A stretch of DNA of 64,000 nucleotides from Salinispira sp. (GTDB taxonomy: Bacteria; Spirochaetota; Spirochaetia; DSM-27196; Salinispiraceae). The position numbers and the translations under genes are program-made. This document shows, in pieces, positions 9,709 to 20,353 of this stretch. The stretch is taken from NCBI GenBank assembly GCA_965226555.1, contig CBDDDG010000021.1, forward strand, positions 96,001 to 160,000, given 5' to 3'. Below the pieces are notes generated by a model, which was given only the letters and a program-made list of their open reading frames with translations, searched no databases and was not told where the DNA came from. Position 1 is the stretch's first letter. Every line of letters starts with the position of its first letter.

Positions 9709-11526
9709 ATGATGTATATGATTCTCAGATTGATACTTACCGTAATTGTTGCAGCGCTGGTACTCAGCGGATGCCCAATTCCGGATGCTCCCCCTACCAT
9801 GTTTGCGCCAGCCCTTATAGCAGGAGACGGACAGCTTACAGCCTCATGGGCTGAGCTCGCCGCTATATGGAATGAAGTAAACAAAAAGGATGGGCAAAAT
9901 GTTATTACCTCGTACAACCTGCGATATGGTGAATTTGGTAGTGAGAACTGGACGGAAATTAACACCGGTATTACCGGCGCAAGCCATACCATTACCGACC
10001 TGACAAACGGCCTCAGCTATGCTGTGCAGGTGCGCGCCGTCAACGCGGGAGGCACTGGCGGCTGGTCGGCATCTGCCGCGGCAACACCTACTGCGTTCCT
10101 TGCCATATCCGCGCCGTTATTAACGGTGGAAAACGGTACAATTACGGCTTCGTGGAACGCGCTTAACGGACACAACGTTACTGCCTACCACCTCCGCTAT
10201 AGTGAAAAAGACAGCGGAAGCTGGACGGAGATTACCAAGGGTATAACCGCCACAAGCTACCCCATTGTCGGACTGACAAACGGTACCAGCTATGATGTGC
10301 AGGTGCGCGCCGTCAACGCGCAGGGCACTGGCGGCTGGTCGCCATCGTCCACGGCAACTCTTGTTACTGCCCCTGCCGCGCCGGGTACAATGGCTGCCCC
10401 CACCTTTGAAGCGGGCACTGGGTTGCTCATTGCCACATGGACTGCGCCGGAAAATGATGGCGGCAGCCCCATTACCGGGTATGAATTGCAATATCGCACA
10501 GATGACACGGAGCCATGGACGCGCATTAGCTCCGGCATTGCCTGCGAAAACAGCGAGGAGCAGGCAGAAGTCTGTCATTTTTCCTTCTCATTTAATCCTT
10601 CTTACACAGGCCACACCATCACGGGCATGACAGACAGCGCTTTATACCAAATGCAGGTACGCGCCGTCAACGCGCAAGGCGTGAGCGAATGGTCTGGCTC
10701 CACAATGCTGCCGTTTGCAACGCAGCTTCCCGCGGGCTCGCCAGCGTCCGTACCTTTGTCGGCTGATAGTAGTAATACCCTCATTGCCAATGAGGATATC
10801 ACCGTTTCTTTGACCACCGTGGAACCGGATACTCTCACGGTCGATAATTCAGGAGACATTACGGCGGTCACTCCCGAAACGACGCCCGGAGGTGTTACCA
10901 TTCCGACTGTCGATTCGAGTAGCGGACTTATTACGGTTACGGTTAGCGCAAGTACAACGGCAGGAACATATGTGGTATATGGTACTGGAACCGGAGATAC
11001 CCTCCTGTTTGCCGAATATTTCTTTGTTACTGAGAGTCCTACTACTAACGCTGAACTGAAAACAGCGGTAACTGAGGGAATATCAACCTGGGGAAATACT
11101 GCCAACCTCAACTACATTGTTACCGCGGCAGTAACGGATATGTCCTTTATATTCTCTAACAGCCCATTCGCTGGTAATATCTCCGGCTGGGATGTCAGTT
11201 CGGTTACGAATATGGAAAATATGTTCTGGGTCGTAGCCACATTCAATAGTGATATCTCTGGATGGGATGTCAGTTCGGTAACGAATATGACCGGTATGTT
11301 CAATACAGCAGGCACATTCAATAACGATATCTCGGGCTGGAATGTCAGCTCGGTAACGCATATGAACGCTATGTTCAATTATGCAACCGCATTCACTCAA
11401 AATCTTGAGGAGTGGAAGGAGCATTGGACGCTCAATGCCGCTGGCAAATATACCGGAAACAAAACAAATATGTTTAATAATTCCGGCGTGAACACCGCGA
11501 ATGGGAATGTGCCGACATGGTTTTAG
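9709..11526 (+). CDS. Fn3(x3)+DUF285/BspA-like repeat (x3) surface lipoprotein
   Basis: Lipobox LVLSG-C; Fn3 motifs (W..P, Y.VQVRAVN..G.G.WS); ISGWDVSSVTNM repeats. Confidence 0.9.
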   Translation: MMYMILRLILTVIVAALVLSGCPIPDAPPTMFAPALIAGDGQLTASWAELAAIWNEVNKKDGQNVITSYNLRYGEFGSENWTEINTGITGASHTITDLTNGLSYAVQVRAVNAGGTGGWSASAAATPTAFLAISAPLLTVENGTITASWNALNGHNVTAYHLRYSEKDSGSWTEITKGITATSYPIVGLTNGTSYDVQVRAVNAQGTGGWSPSSTATLVTAPAAPGTMAAPTFEAGTGLLIATWTAPENDGGSPITGYELQYRTDDTEPWTRISSGIACENSEEQAEVCHFSFSFNPSYTGHTITGMTDSALYQMQVRAVNAQGVSEWSGSTMLPFATQLPAGSPASVPLSADSSNTLIANEDITVSLTTVEPDTLTVDNSGDITAVTPETTPGGVTIPTVDSSSGLITVTVSASTTAGTYVVYGTGTGDTLLFAEYFFVTESPTTNAELKTAVTEGISTWGNTANLNYIVTAAVTDMSFIFSNSPFAGNISGWDVSSVTNMENMFWVVATFNSDISGWDVSSVTNMTGMFNTAGTFNNDISGWNVSSVTHMNAMFNYATAFTQNLEEWKEHWTLNAAGKYTGNKTNMFNNSGVNTANGNVPTWF

Positions 11527-11568
11527 TTTCATAACCAGTAGTAGCAATTAACGAGTTGCAATTCAACT

Positions 11569-11780
11569 CAGGCAGGCATGGGGCGCCGACCAGCCCCGTG
11601 CCTGCCTTTTTTCGATAAGACGGCTGATCGGCGCTGCTCGCCCGGGCATGCGACTGTTGCTGAGACGGGGCTGGTCGGAGGCTGCGCCTCCTGCTCGCCA
11701 TGTGTCTGTTGCTGGGATTGGGAGATGGACGGATGCTTGCGTCCGGCTCGCCCAAGCATCCTGCTCACCATGCGTCCAGA
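11569..11780. repeat. GC-rich REP-like mosaic repeat, family B
   Basis: Modules CATGCGACTGTTGCTGAGACGGGGCTGGTCGG, GGAGGCTGCGCCTCCTGCTCGCC and CCGTGCCTGCCTTTTTTCGAT. They recur at about 12987-13100, 14690-14735, 22056-22150, 44552-44775, 53987-54146 and 55603-55705. Confidence 0.85.
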
Positions 11781-11785
11781 TCAGG

Positions 11786-12009
11786 TCAATATCCCAAAAT
11801 AATAGAAACTTTTTGAAAAACCTTCTCATGTTGTCATATACCATTCATATGTACCCGTCTATATGGTATGAACAAAAAGTATATCGACACAGAGCATACC
11901 AGCCCCCATTCCCGACTCCCCGAAAAAAATTCACACATTTTGCAAAATTTTTTCCAAAAACATAGGTAAAAATGACATTTCTCCCGTTATAGATGTAAGA
12001 GGAATGTGT
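11786..12009 (+). repeat. Rpn-upstream conserved module (internally deleted copy)
   Basis: Homologous to 13095-13440, 22058-21713 and 54143-54522. Confidence 0.85.
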
Positions 12010-12981
12010 ATGAAAAAATCATCCCAGAGCAAAGTCCATATCCACGACATAGCCTTCAAGATCGCCTACTACAGAACCCCCCGTATGATTCCTGACCTGC
12101 TACGGCTGTTCTGTGAGGATACGACGCTTGCCAAGCTGGACATGGACAAAATCCGCATTGAAACCCCCAGCTACATTGCAGGAAAAAAGAACCTTCTCTG
12201 CGATCTCGTTGTCAGCGCCCCCTTCCTGTCAGACCCCGACCGGAAGGCTCTATTCATTATTGAACATAAAAGCTACCAGCATAAACATGTTCTCACTCAA
12301 ATCGATGACTATCAGTATGCCCTCAGAAACAGCAATGTGTACAATGAAAGGGATGCTATCTATATACTTCTGTTCTACCATGGAAAAAAGAAATGGAACC
12401 TCCCACTCACATTTTACAGTTCACATGAAAAGACACCCCACGAATCCGCGGTGGATGTCAGGGTGAGAGTGTCGTACATTGTGCGCGATCTGGGGCGAAT
12501 GAAAAAGGAACAGTTGGCATGGCGTTACGATGGAAAACGATATACATCAACTGCGTTGTGGTATATAATGCGAGACAATGAAATGGATGTTGAGGGGCTG
12601 AAGGAGATTGCGCAGCTCCTGAACGGTTTGTCTTCACAAGACTTTACTGATCTAGCAGAGAGTGTGCTAGGCTATATCAAAGATCTAGATCCAAAACTGT
12701 ATGAACAGTTTGAGAAAATTGACAGGGAACTGTTCCCTGAAGGAGAAAACAGTATGCGGACATATAACATTACCAACGCCTTCGTCAGGGAAGGTATTGC
12801 GAAGGGCCGGCAGGAAGGATTGCAGACAGGGCGGCAGGAAGGACTGCGAACAGGTCGTGAAGAAGGCATTCGAGAAACGGCCCGCAGTATGTTTTTGGAA
12901 GGGTTGTCGACCGAGGCTGTTCAGAGGATTACCGGGCTGAGCGATGAGGAAATGCGGACATTGCGAAACGGGTCGCATTAA
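12010..12981 (+). CDS. Rpn/YhgA-family PD-(D/E)XK nuclease (Rpn1)
   Basis: HDIAFK, CDLVV, IIEHKSY, LLFYHG, C-terminal EG repeats and ITGLS. Start MKKSS follows AGAGGA. Confidence 0.92.
   Translation: MKKSSQSKVHIHDIAFKIAYYRTPRMIPDLLRLFCEDTTLAKLDMDKIRIETPSYIAGKKNLLCDLVVSAPFLSDPDRKALFIIEHKSYQHKHVLTQIDDYQYALRNSNVYNERDAIYILLFYHGKKKWNLPLTFYSSHEKTPHESAVDVRVRVSYIVRDLGRMKKEQLAWRYDGKRYTSTALWYIMRDNEMDVEGLKEIAQLLNGLSSQDFTDLAESVLGYIKDLDPKLYEQFEKIDRELFPEGENSMRTYNITNAFVREGIAKGRQEGLQTGRQEGLRTGREEGIRETARSMFLEGLSTEAVQRITGLSDEEMRTLRNGSH
12754..12981 (+). CDS. Predicted intragenic small protein (Rpn-S type, 75 aa) of Rpn1
   Basis: In-frame GAAGGAG-aaaacagt-ATG, MRTYNITNAFVREG... Confidence 0.65.
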   Translation: MRTYNITNAFVREGIAKGRQEGLQTGRQEGLRTGREEGIRETARSMFLEGLSTEAVQRITGLSDEEMRTLRNGSH

Positions 12982-13094
12982 TTATTGCCGCTCGGCCTGG
13001 TCGGCTGCTCGCCATGCGACTGTTGCTGAGACGGTGGGCTGGTCGGCGTTGCACGTTGGCTCGCCATGCCTCCGGCTCGCCCCGCGCCGGGGTC

Positions 13095-13440
13095 AGGTCA
13101 AACAGTAATATCTTAAAATAATAGAAACTTTTGCAAAACGTTCTCATATTCACCGTTCATATTTTACCCGTCTATATGGTATGAGCAAAAAATATATCGG
13201 TATGGTACACGCTGGAAATATGCTTTCGAAAATCCTCAGATATTCCGGGACTTCATATATTTATATTTCAATACGGACCTCGCGCTGAGCATTGTTCCCG
13301 GGAGCATATCGACACAGAGCATACCAGCCCTCCCATTCCCGACTCCCTGAAAAAAATTCACAACATTCTTTCAAAATTCTTTCAAATTCTTTTCAAAAAC
13401 ATAGTTAAAAATGACTTTTTACCCGTTATAGATATAGAAG
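13095..13440 (+). repeat. Rpn-upstream conserved module with frameshifted Rpn N-terminal fossil
   Basis: TACCCGTCTATATGGTATGAGCAAAAAATATATCG...GCTGGAAATATGCTTTCGAAAATCCTCAG; homologous to the other copies. Confidence 0.85.
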
Positions 13441-13511
13441 GGAGAATTCACCATGGGACCATGTCGCCATGGGAGCTCCCCTATTCAGAAAGAAACGTTC
13501 AGGAGGATTAT

Positions 13512-14516
13512 ATGATCGATTTCAAAGAAAAACCCGCCCCCGTTCCCTACGACCAAGGCTACCGCTCTCTGCTGTTCCAACCCGCAATAATGCTCCAATT
13601 TCTGCAACGCTTTGTCGGAGGCTCATGGACGAAAAAACTGCGCCGTGAAGATATAACCATTGAAAACGGTACCTTTTTCATTGACCATGCGAAAACACGG
13701 ATGGCCGACATTGTCTGCAAAATCAGAAGTCGGGATCACACGGGAGATGTTGCTATCTATGTGCTCCTTGAGCATCAATCTGGAGTGGACAAAGACATGC
13801 CCCTCCGCATGTCGGAGTACACGAATCTGCTCTATCGGAACATTCACCGCTCCGGCGCAATTCCCGATGACTGCGAGTTGATATTTCTTCCCATTGTGTT
13901 CTATAATGGAACGAGAAAATGGAAGGTGCCCGGGAATGTCAGAGAGCAACGGAAGCGGAAATTCCCGCAGTATCTTGCCCCCTTTCCTTACGATCTGATA
14001 AGTGAGAACGATTATTCTGCGGAGCAGCTGCAGCAGCGGGGAAGAATGTTTGCGGCTGTTATGTACCTTGATCTGTACTCGAAAAATCTGCTGAATACGG
14101 ATTGGGACATTCAGAAGGTGGAGAAAGCGATAGCAGAAATGCTGAATGAGGAATCGCTGGATCTGATAAAGGAATTTATCGGCGTGGTAGATTCGATGTT
14201 CGGAATTGTTATAGACTTTGACACGTTAATGAATCAATTAGAAAGAACAAAAGAACCGAGAGGTAAGGAGGTAGCGAAAATGTTCAGAATGAATGCGGAA
14301 ACATTCAGAGCGCACATTGCGGAAATGGGTCGGCAGGAAGGACTTCAGACAGGTCGACAGGAAGGATTGCAGACAGGATTGCAGACAGGTCGTGAAGAAG
14401 GCATTCGAGAAACGGCCCGCAGTATGTTTTCCAAAGGATTTTCAGCCCATGACATTCAGGATGTTACCGGGCTGAGCGATGAGGAAATGCGGACATTGCG
14501 GAACGGATCGCATTAA
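13512..14516 (+). CDS. Rpn/YhgA-family PD-(D/E)XK nuclease (Rpn2, divergent N-terminus)
   Basis: YDQGYRSLL, ADIV, YVLLEHQSGVD..MPLRM..Y, PIVFYNG..KW. SD AGGAGG precedes ATG 13512. Confidence 0.92.
   Translation: MIDFKEKPAPVPYDQGYRSLLFQPAIMLQFLQRFVGGSWTKKLRREDITIENGTFFIDHAKTRMADIVCKIRSRDHTGDVAIYVLLEHQSGVDKDMPLRMSEYTNLLYRNIHRSGAIPDDCELIFLPIVFYNGTRKWKVPGNVREQRKRKFPQYLAPFPYDLISENDYSAEQLQQRGRMFAAVMYLDLYSKNLLNTDWDIQKVEKAIAEMLNEESLDLIKEFIGVVDSMFGIVIDFDTLMNQLERTKEPRGKEVAKMFRMNAETFRAHIAEMGRQEGLQTGRQEGLQTGLQTGREEGIRETARSMFSKGFSAHDIQDVTGLSDEEMRTLRNGSH
14280..14516 (+). CDS. Predicted intragenic small protein (Rpn-S type, 78 aa) of Rpn2
   Basis: Near-perfect SD TAAGGAGGT 7 nt before in-frame ATG 14280 (MFRMNAETF...). 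Confidence 0.7.
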   Translation: MFRMNAETFRAHIAEMGRQEGLQTGRQEGLQTGLQTGREEGIRETARSMFSKGFSAHDIQDVTGLSDEEMRTLRNGSH

Positions 14517-14775
14517 TTATCGCCGCTCGGCCTGCGCGCAGAGCGGATAATATCAACATCCGGATCAACCTCACATACCAGTTCCTTCAGAGAAGGATGA
14601 ATCCCCCCCGCTCAATTTTCAGCAGTGCCGTACTCAGGCAAATGTTTCTACAAAATGCGAGAATGCTAAGCACAGAAAAAGCATTCCTGACGGACGCATG
14701 GGCGAGCAGGAGGCGCAGCCTCCGACCAGCCCTCGGAAACTTTTACAAAAAGGGTACGATAGGAATGTTTTTCTA

Positions 14776-14900
14776 CTGAAAGTTTGGGATACACTGTATC
14801 GAAATAGACGAAAAGCCGATTATAAGAAAGAAAACGTTAGGCATGTGGATTTAGAATTTCCGATGAATACCTACAATTTGTTTTTGATCTATCAGAAAAA
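14776..14900 (+). pseudogene. Probable HEPN-domain gene fragment
   Basis: Reads LKVWDTLYRNRRKADYKKE (R-x2-ADY motif). No proper start; abuts repeat elements. Confidence 0.4.
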
Positions 14901-15025
14901 ATGCGGAGAAACTCAGTATATAATGTCCTTTTTGTATGCGATAGCAACATTCCGCGCCGTGTTTCTGTGCCTCGCGTACAAATCCTGCTGCCGGATAGAC
15001 ATTGCTTGATGTTCCGATCCTGCCT

Positions 15026-17005
15026 TCAATCCCGATCTGGAATTCTGCCGATACTGAAAATGTTCGGAATTGCGCGGATTTTCTTCATAACGCGGGTAAT
15101 GTCTTCATTTTTATCCAGTTCCACCGTAAAACTCCCTTCAAGGTTCTGATGTGCTGAACTCTCGCTGTGTTCAACCCGCCCATCAATGAGATGCCCCTGA
15201 GTTTTTCGAATTGCGCCTTCAATTTCACTGAAAAGATCACTGGTGTTGCGCGCGGTAACTCTGAAGCGGTACATTGTTTTCGGGCTGAATGTTTCCCATT
15301 CAACTTCAATACTGCGTTCCTCAAGATCTTTCAGGTTCAGAAAGTTATTACAGTCCTTCCGATGAATGAGAATTCCCCTTCCCCGGGAAATGTAGCCTGC
15401 AATATCATCGCCGGCTTTCGGATCACAGCAATGCGCGAAATGAATGAGCACATTATCCTCCTTCTCAACCCGAATTCCGACCCTGTCGGTTTTCAGAAGC
15501 TGTATGTGCTCATGCTTTTTCTTCTGCGGCGGAGGATTTTTGTACCGCGCGACAATGTTCTGTTCAATAAACACATGTTCATCGTGCTTGTTTATCCATG
15601 CGCGGATCTTACTTCTCGCCCCGCTGGTTTTCACGATACGGAGCCAGTTAAGCCGCGGATGCGCCTTTGGGTGGGTAATTATTTCAACAACCTGGGTATT
15701 TTCCAGAGGTTTTCGGAGCGGGATAATTAAGCCGTCCGCTTTGGCGCCGGAGGTGCGGTTTCCAATTTCAGTATGGATATGGTAGGCAAAGTCGAGCGCG
15801 GTTGCTCCGCGGGGAAGTTGTATAATATCACCCTTGGGAGTGAATACGTAGATGGAATCTTCAAGAATTTCCCGCTTTATCTCGTTGAGAAAATTCGGCC
15901 CCTTAATGCTGTCCAGACCCTTAATGTGATGCATGAAGATCAGATCATCATGTCCGATTTTTTTGTTCCGGGTAAATTCCTTATATTTCCAATGAGCCGC
16001 AATACCATACTGGGCTGTTTGATCCATGTCCTTCGTCCGTATCTGCACCTCCAAAAGCTGACCATTATAGCCCATGATGATTGTGTGGAGGCTCTGATAT
16101 CGATTTGCCTTCGGCATGGCGATATAGTCCTTGAACCTGCCTTCAATGGGCATCCAGAGCCGATGAACAAGTCCGAGCATCACATAACAGTCGGGAATGC
16201 TGCCGCAAATTATGCGTACTCCGAGGATGTCATATATCTCCTCAAGTTTTTTCCCCCGCTGCGCCATCTTGCTGTAGATTGAGTAAAAATGCTTGGTACG
16301 GGTTATTGTACTCGTTGCAATGTTTTCTGTTTCTGCGGCCTTTGTAATTTCGGAAGTAATCTTACTCAGATATTCCTTGCGATCAATTTCCTTCTTGTTC
16401 ACATATTTTTTCAGCCGATTATATATAGTCGGATGCAGGTGCTTGAGGCAGAGATCTTCCAGTTCATATTTCATCCAGCTGATGCCGAGTCGGTCTGCAA
16501 GGGGAGCGTAAATCTCTAGGCATTCCTGAGCTATGGACTGTATTCGTTCAGGTTTTTTGAATTCGAGGGTTCGCATGTTATGAAGCTTGTCTGCAAGTTT
16601 TATGAGAATTACACGGATATCTTTAACCGTGGCGAAAAGCATTTTCCGTATGGTTTCGGCCTGAATGGCAGTTCTATTTTTTGAACGTACCATATCAATT
16701 TTTGTAACACCTTCCACCAGTGAAAATACACTTTTACCGAATTCTTCAATGAGGCTTTCCCTGCTGTACTCAGTATCCTCAAGGCTGTCATGCAGAAGTC
16801 CGGCAATGATGGTATGCGGATCGAGCCGCATGGTCACGAGAATTTCACTGACTTGGAGGGGGTGAACAAAATAGGGATCGCCTGAAGCTCTGAGCTGACC
16901 TTCATGAATTTTCCTACTTCGTTCAGCGGCCTGAATAATGAGGGTAATGTCCTGAGTGTCGTAGGAATGTAACATATTTCTGAATTCATCAATGGTATGT
17001 ATCAT
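15026..17005 (-). CDS. relA: RelA/SpoT bifunctional (p)ppGpp synthetase/hydrolase
   Basis: HEGQLRASGDPYFVHP, LLHDSLED, IKLADKLHNMRTL, KDYIAMPKANRYQSLHT, TGS (VFTPKG), AHCC.P, ACT. Confidence 0.96.
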   Translation of the reverse strand: MIHTIDEFRNMLHSYDTQDITLIIQAAERSRKIHEGQLRASGDPYFVHPLQVSEILVTMRLDPHTIIAGLLHDSLEDTEYSRESLIEEFGKSVFSLVEGVTKIDMVRSKNRTAIQAETIRKMLFATVKDIRVILIKLADKLHNMRTLEFKKPERIQSIAQECLEIYAPLADRLGISWMKYELEDLCLKHLHPTIYNRLKKYVNKKEIDRKEYLSKITSEITKAAETENIATSTITRTKHFYSIYSKMAQRGKKLEEIYDILGVRIICGSIPDCYVMLGLVHRLWMPIEGRFKDYIAMPKANRYQSLHTIIMGYNGQLLEVQIRTKDMDQTAQYGIAAHWKYKEFTRNKKIGHDDLIFMHHIKGLDSIKGPNFLNEIKREILEDSIYVFTPKGDIIQLPRGATALDFAYHIHTEIGNRTSGAKADGLIIPLRKPLENTQVVEIITHPKAHPRLNWLRIVKTSGARSKIRAWINKHDEHVFIEQNIVARYKNPPPQKKKHEHIQLLKTDRVGIRVEKEDNVLIHFAHCCDPKAGDDIAGYISRGRGILIHRKDCNNFLNLKDLEERSIEVEWETFSPKTMYRFRVTARNTSDLFSEIEGAIRKTQGHLIDGRVEHSESSAHQNLEGSFTVELDKNEDITRVMKKIRAIPNIFSIGRIPDRD

Positions 17006-17883
17006 AATTCTGACATTCTCCCGCGAATAACACGTCTCATTCCCGCAAGATCCTCCCTACATTCTATATCGGTAAAATCCTCTTCTTTAAATATACATAT
17101 AATACGCTCAATCTGCGAATCGGCTGCTTCAATGTAGAGTAAACCTTCAGGAAGGAGCCGACCCGCTGCCTGCCCAATAAGTTTTCGTATAATCGCAAGC
17201 CCGTCTTTTCCGCCGTTCAGGGCACGCGCAGGTTCCAGCCACCCCTGCTGCATCCGTTCTGCCGTTTCAGCATCGGTCAAATAGGGCGGGTTCGCAGTGA
17301 TGATGTGATACTTCAGGTTTTGCAGATTGTTTGGGTGCGCGCTATGGGGTTGCGGGGTTTCAAGGATATTCTGTTGATGCCAGCGGATGGATTCGCTGCC
17401 GAGACAGTTACGGCAGTTGCGGAGAAATATGTCCCTGCTTTCAATGCTGATATCGGAGGCGCTCACAGGCCATGAAGGGCGTTCATGCTTGAGAGCAATG
17501 GCAATGGCGCCGCTTCCGGTACAGCAATCGTGAAGGCTGAGTGCTTCATGTGCATGGCTTTTGAGAACCCATTCCACAAGGGTTTCGCTGTCGGGTCGGG
17601 GAATAAGCACACGGGAATCTACCTGGAAATTCAAACCGTAAAATTCCTTTTCTCCGGTAATGTAGGCAATAGGTTCACCGGAAGCCCGCCGCGCAATGAG
17701 CGCATCGTAGCGCGTAACCGCCGGCGGTTCAGGACAGGATGTGAAAAGGGTGTAGAGAACTTCTTTTTCCACTCCGAGGGTATGGCAGAGAAGGAGCACG
17801 GCGTCAAGAAAGGGTGTTTCTGAATTGCTCAGAAGAGTCTTGCGGGTATTGATGAGCTTCTGAATGCTTACAGGAATGCTCAC
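17002..17883 (-). CDS. prmC: Release factor glutamine methyltransferase
   Basis: [35 protein letters not shown]; adjacent to prfA. Confidence 0.95.
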   Translation of the reverse strand: MSIPVSIQKLINTRKTLLSNSETPFLDAVLLLCHTLGVEKEVLYTLFTSCPEPPAVTRYDALIARRASGEPIAYITGEKEFYGLNFQVDSRVLIPRPDSETLVEWVLKSHAHEALSLHDCCTGSGAIAIALKHERPSWPVSASDISIESRDIFLRNCRNCLGSESIRWHQQNILETPQPHSAHPNNLQNLKYHIITANPPYLTDAETAERMQQGWLEPARALNGGKDGLAIIRKLIGQAAGRLLPEGLLYIEAADSQIERIICIFKEEDFTDIECREDLAGMRRVIRGRMSEL

Positions 17884-18944
17884 GATCGTACCTGTATTTC
17901 CTCCTGCTTAAGCTTAAGGGCTTCAATAATCTCGTCAATATTGCCCTGAAGAATCTGATCAAGCTTATGCAGGGTTAATCCAATGCGGTGGTCGGTAACC
18001 CTGTTTTGCGGGAAATTATATGTCCGTATACGCTGCGATCGGTCGCCGCTTCCTATCTGACTTTTCCGTTCGGCAGCCTCTTCGTTTCTCCTGCGGGTTT
18101 CTTCCATCTCGTAGAGACGCGCGCTGAGCACCCGCATTGCCTTTGCCCGGTTCTTGTGCTGCGATTTTTCATCCTGACAGTTTACCACAAGGTTGCTTGG
18201 AATATGGGTAATGCGTACAGCTGAATCGGTGGTATTCACACTTTGCCCCCCCGGACCGGAAGAACGGAAAACATCTATGCGCAGATCATTTTCGTTAATC
18301 TGAATATCAGTTTCCTCTGCCTCCGGTAAAACCGCAACCGTACAGGCAGAGGTATGAATTCGTCCGCCGCTTTCTGTTGTCGGTATCCGCTGAACCCTGT
18401 GCCCGCCGCTTTCATGGCGCAGGGTTCCGTAGGCATCCTTTCCCATAATCGAAAAAATAACCTCCTTCATTCCGCCAATTTCTGTCTCATTCATTGTCAT
18501 GAGTTCCAGTTTCCACCCGCGTTTTTCCGCAAAGCGGCTGTACATGCGGTACAGATCGGCAGCAAAGAGGGCAGCCTCATCTCCGCCGGTGCCTGCCCGA
18601 ATTTCAATAATAGTGTGCTTATTATCCATAGGATCACGCGGGAGAAGAAGTACCTTAAGTCTCTGTTCAAATTCCCGTATGGCATTATCAAGATGCTTCA
18701 GCTCCGTATCTGCCATTTCCTTCATTTCCGGGTCATTCATTATTTCCCGCGTTTCTTCACGGGCGGTAAGTGCCTTCTGATACTCTCCGTACAGATTCAT
18801 CACTTCACTCAGATATGAATTTTCCTGCATAATCGTCTTGTATTCTCCATGATTACGATGGATATCGGGATCAAGAATTTTCTGCTGCATTTCATTATAG
18901 CGCATCCGAAGTTTTTCCAGTTTTCCTATTAGTTTTTCGGTCAT
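17880..18944 (-). CDS. prfA: Peptide chain release factor 1
   Basis: [27 protein letters not shown] motif, IRTYNFPQ. Confidence 0.98.
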   Translation of the reverse strand: MTEKLIGKLEKLRMRYNEMQQKILDPDIHRNHGEYKTIMQENSYLSEVMNLYGEYQKALTAREETREIMNDPEMKEMADTELKHLDNAIREFEQRLKVLLLPRDPMDNKHTIIEIRAGTGGDEAALFAADLYRMYSRFAEKRGWKLELMTMNETEIGGMKEVIFSIMGKDAYGTLRHESGGHRVQRIPTTESGGRIHTSACTVAVLPEAEETDIQINENDLRIDVFRSSGPGGQSVNTTDSAVRITHIPSNLVVNCQDEKSQHKNRAKAMRVLSARLYEMEETRRRNEEAAERKSQIGSGDRSQRIRTYNFPQNRVTDHRIGLTLHKLDQILQGNIDEIIEALKLKQEEIQVRS

Positions 18945-19501
18945 GCCCGTATCCTGCGGGAGAAGGCAAATCCAAAAATTGAACCAACGGCGCCGCCGAC
19001 AATATGTGCCAACTGGGAAATAGAATCGGTCTGGAAGGCTGTCAGAAATTCCCTCATAAGGTATATGAGAAGTACAAGAAGAAAGGTGAGCGGCATATCT
19101 CCTTTTTGAACATTTACAAAGCTGGAAAGGAGAATCATCATGAAAACCAGCCCGCTTGCCCCAAGGAGGGTTACATTGCTGAGAAGGAGGCTGGCGATTC
19201 CGGTTGCCAGCGCTGTTATAATGATCATGAACAGGAGATTCACCGAACCGTATTTTTCTTCAAGTATGGGACCGAGAAGGAGAATGAAGGCCAGGTTACT
19301 CAGAAGATGTTCAATATCCGCATGTCCGAGCACATGAGTGAAAAGCCTCATCCAATCGAGAAGACGCCCCGGATTCATGCTTGGGCCAACAGAGAAAAAC
19401 CTCAGCTGTATACTTCCCGGCGTGAATATATCAATAAGAAGCACAAGGAAGCTGATGAGTGAAACAGTCAGGGTTGTCGGAGCATTGTAACGCAGACGCA
19501 T
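18941..19501 (-). CDS. Rhomboid-family intramembrane serine protease
   Basis: H..SN, GASG, AHIVG, hydrophobic helices. Confidence 0.9.
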   Translation of the reverse strand: MRLRYNAPTTLTVSLISFLVLLIDIFTPGSIQLRFFSVGPSMNPGRLLDWMRLFTHVLGHADIEHLLSNLAFILLLGPILEEKYGSVNLLFMIIITALATGIASLLLSNVTLLGASGLVFMMILLSSFVNVQKGDMPLTFLLVLLIYLMREFLTAFQTDSISQLAHIVGGAVGSIFGFAFSRRIRA

Positions 19502-20292
19502 TATGGTATAGTCAATTCAATGCTTACGGGGCAGTGGTCAGAACCTGTTACATCGGCATGGATGCGGCTTGCGGACACCCTGTCCGTGAATCCGCCATTA
19601 ACACAGTGGTAGTCGATACGCCAGCCGACATTTTTTTCACGGGCATGTGAGCGGTAGCTCCACCAAGTATATTGCCGTGGTTCCTTATTAAATATTCTGA
19701 AAGTATCAACGTATCCGGCCTCAATAAAGGTATCCATCCATGCGCGTTCTTCAGGAAGATATCCGGGATTTTTCTCATTCGATTTTGGATGTTCAAGATC
19801 GATGGCCTTATGGGCAACGTTGAAATCGCCGCAGATAAGAATGTTCTTCCCGTCTCTGACCTGCTTGTTTGCCCATGAAAGAATTGCATTATTGAAATCC
19901 AGTTTATAGTCAAGCCGGGCTCCCTCTGCTTGGCTGTTCGGAAAATAGGCGTTGAGGAGCGTGAAGGTGGGAAATTCGCATATCAGAACCCGCCCCTCGG
20001 CATCGAAGCGGGAAAGATCAAAGAAACGCACCGATTTCGGTTCCTCCTTTGTAAAGGTAACAACGCCGCTGTATCCCTTTTTTTCGGCTGAGGCCCAGTA
20101 GCTGCGCCAGCGGCCGCCGGAAGGTTTACCGGAGTGGACTGGCTCCCGCAGCGATGCATCCAATTGATCAGGATGAGCCTTTGTTTCCTGAAGGCAGATA
20201 ATATCAGCCTCAGATGTCTGCATCCATTCCAGTAGCCCCTTTCTGGCAGCGGCTCTAATGCCATTTACATTCCATGAAAATATACGTTTCAT
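19501..20292 (-). CDS. xth: Exodeoxyribonuclease III / AP endonuclease
   Basis: SWNVNGIRA, LQETK, KGYSGV, EGR, GDFNVAH, WRIDY, SDHCP. Confidence 0.96.
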   Translation of the reverse strand: MKRIFSWNVNGIRAAARKGLLEWMQTSEADIICLQETKAHPDQLDASLREPVHSGKPSGGRWRSYWASAEKKGYSGVVTFTKEEPKSVRFFDLSRFDAEGRVLICEFPTFTLLNAYFPNSQAEGARLDYKLDFNNAILSWANKQVRDGKNILICGDFNVAHKAIDLEHPKSNEKNPGYLPEERAWMDTFIEAGYVDTFRIFNKEPRQYTWWSYRSHAREKNVGWRIDYHCVNGGFTDRVSASRIHADVTGSDHCPVSIELTIP

Positions 20293-20353
20293 GGGTGTAT
20301 TGTATCAATGCTCTTTCGAATGGGCAAGTGGGTAAGGTATTCTGCAAAACATT

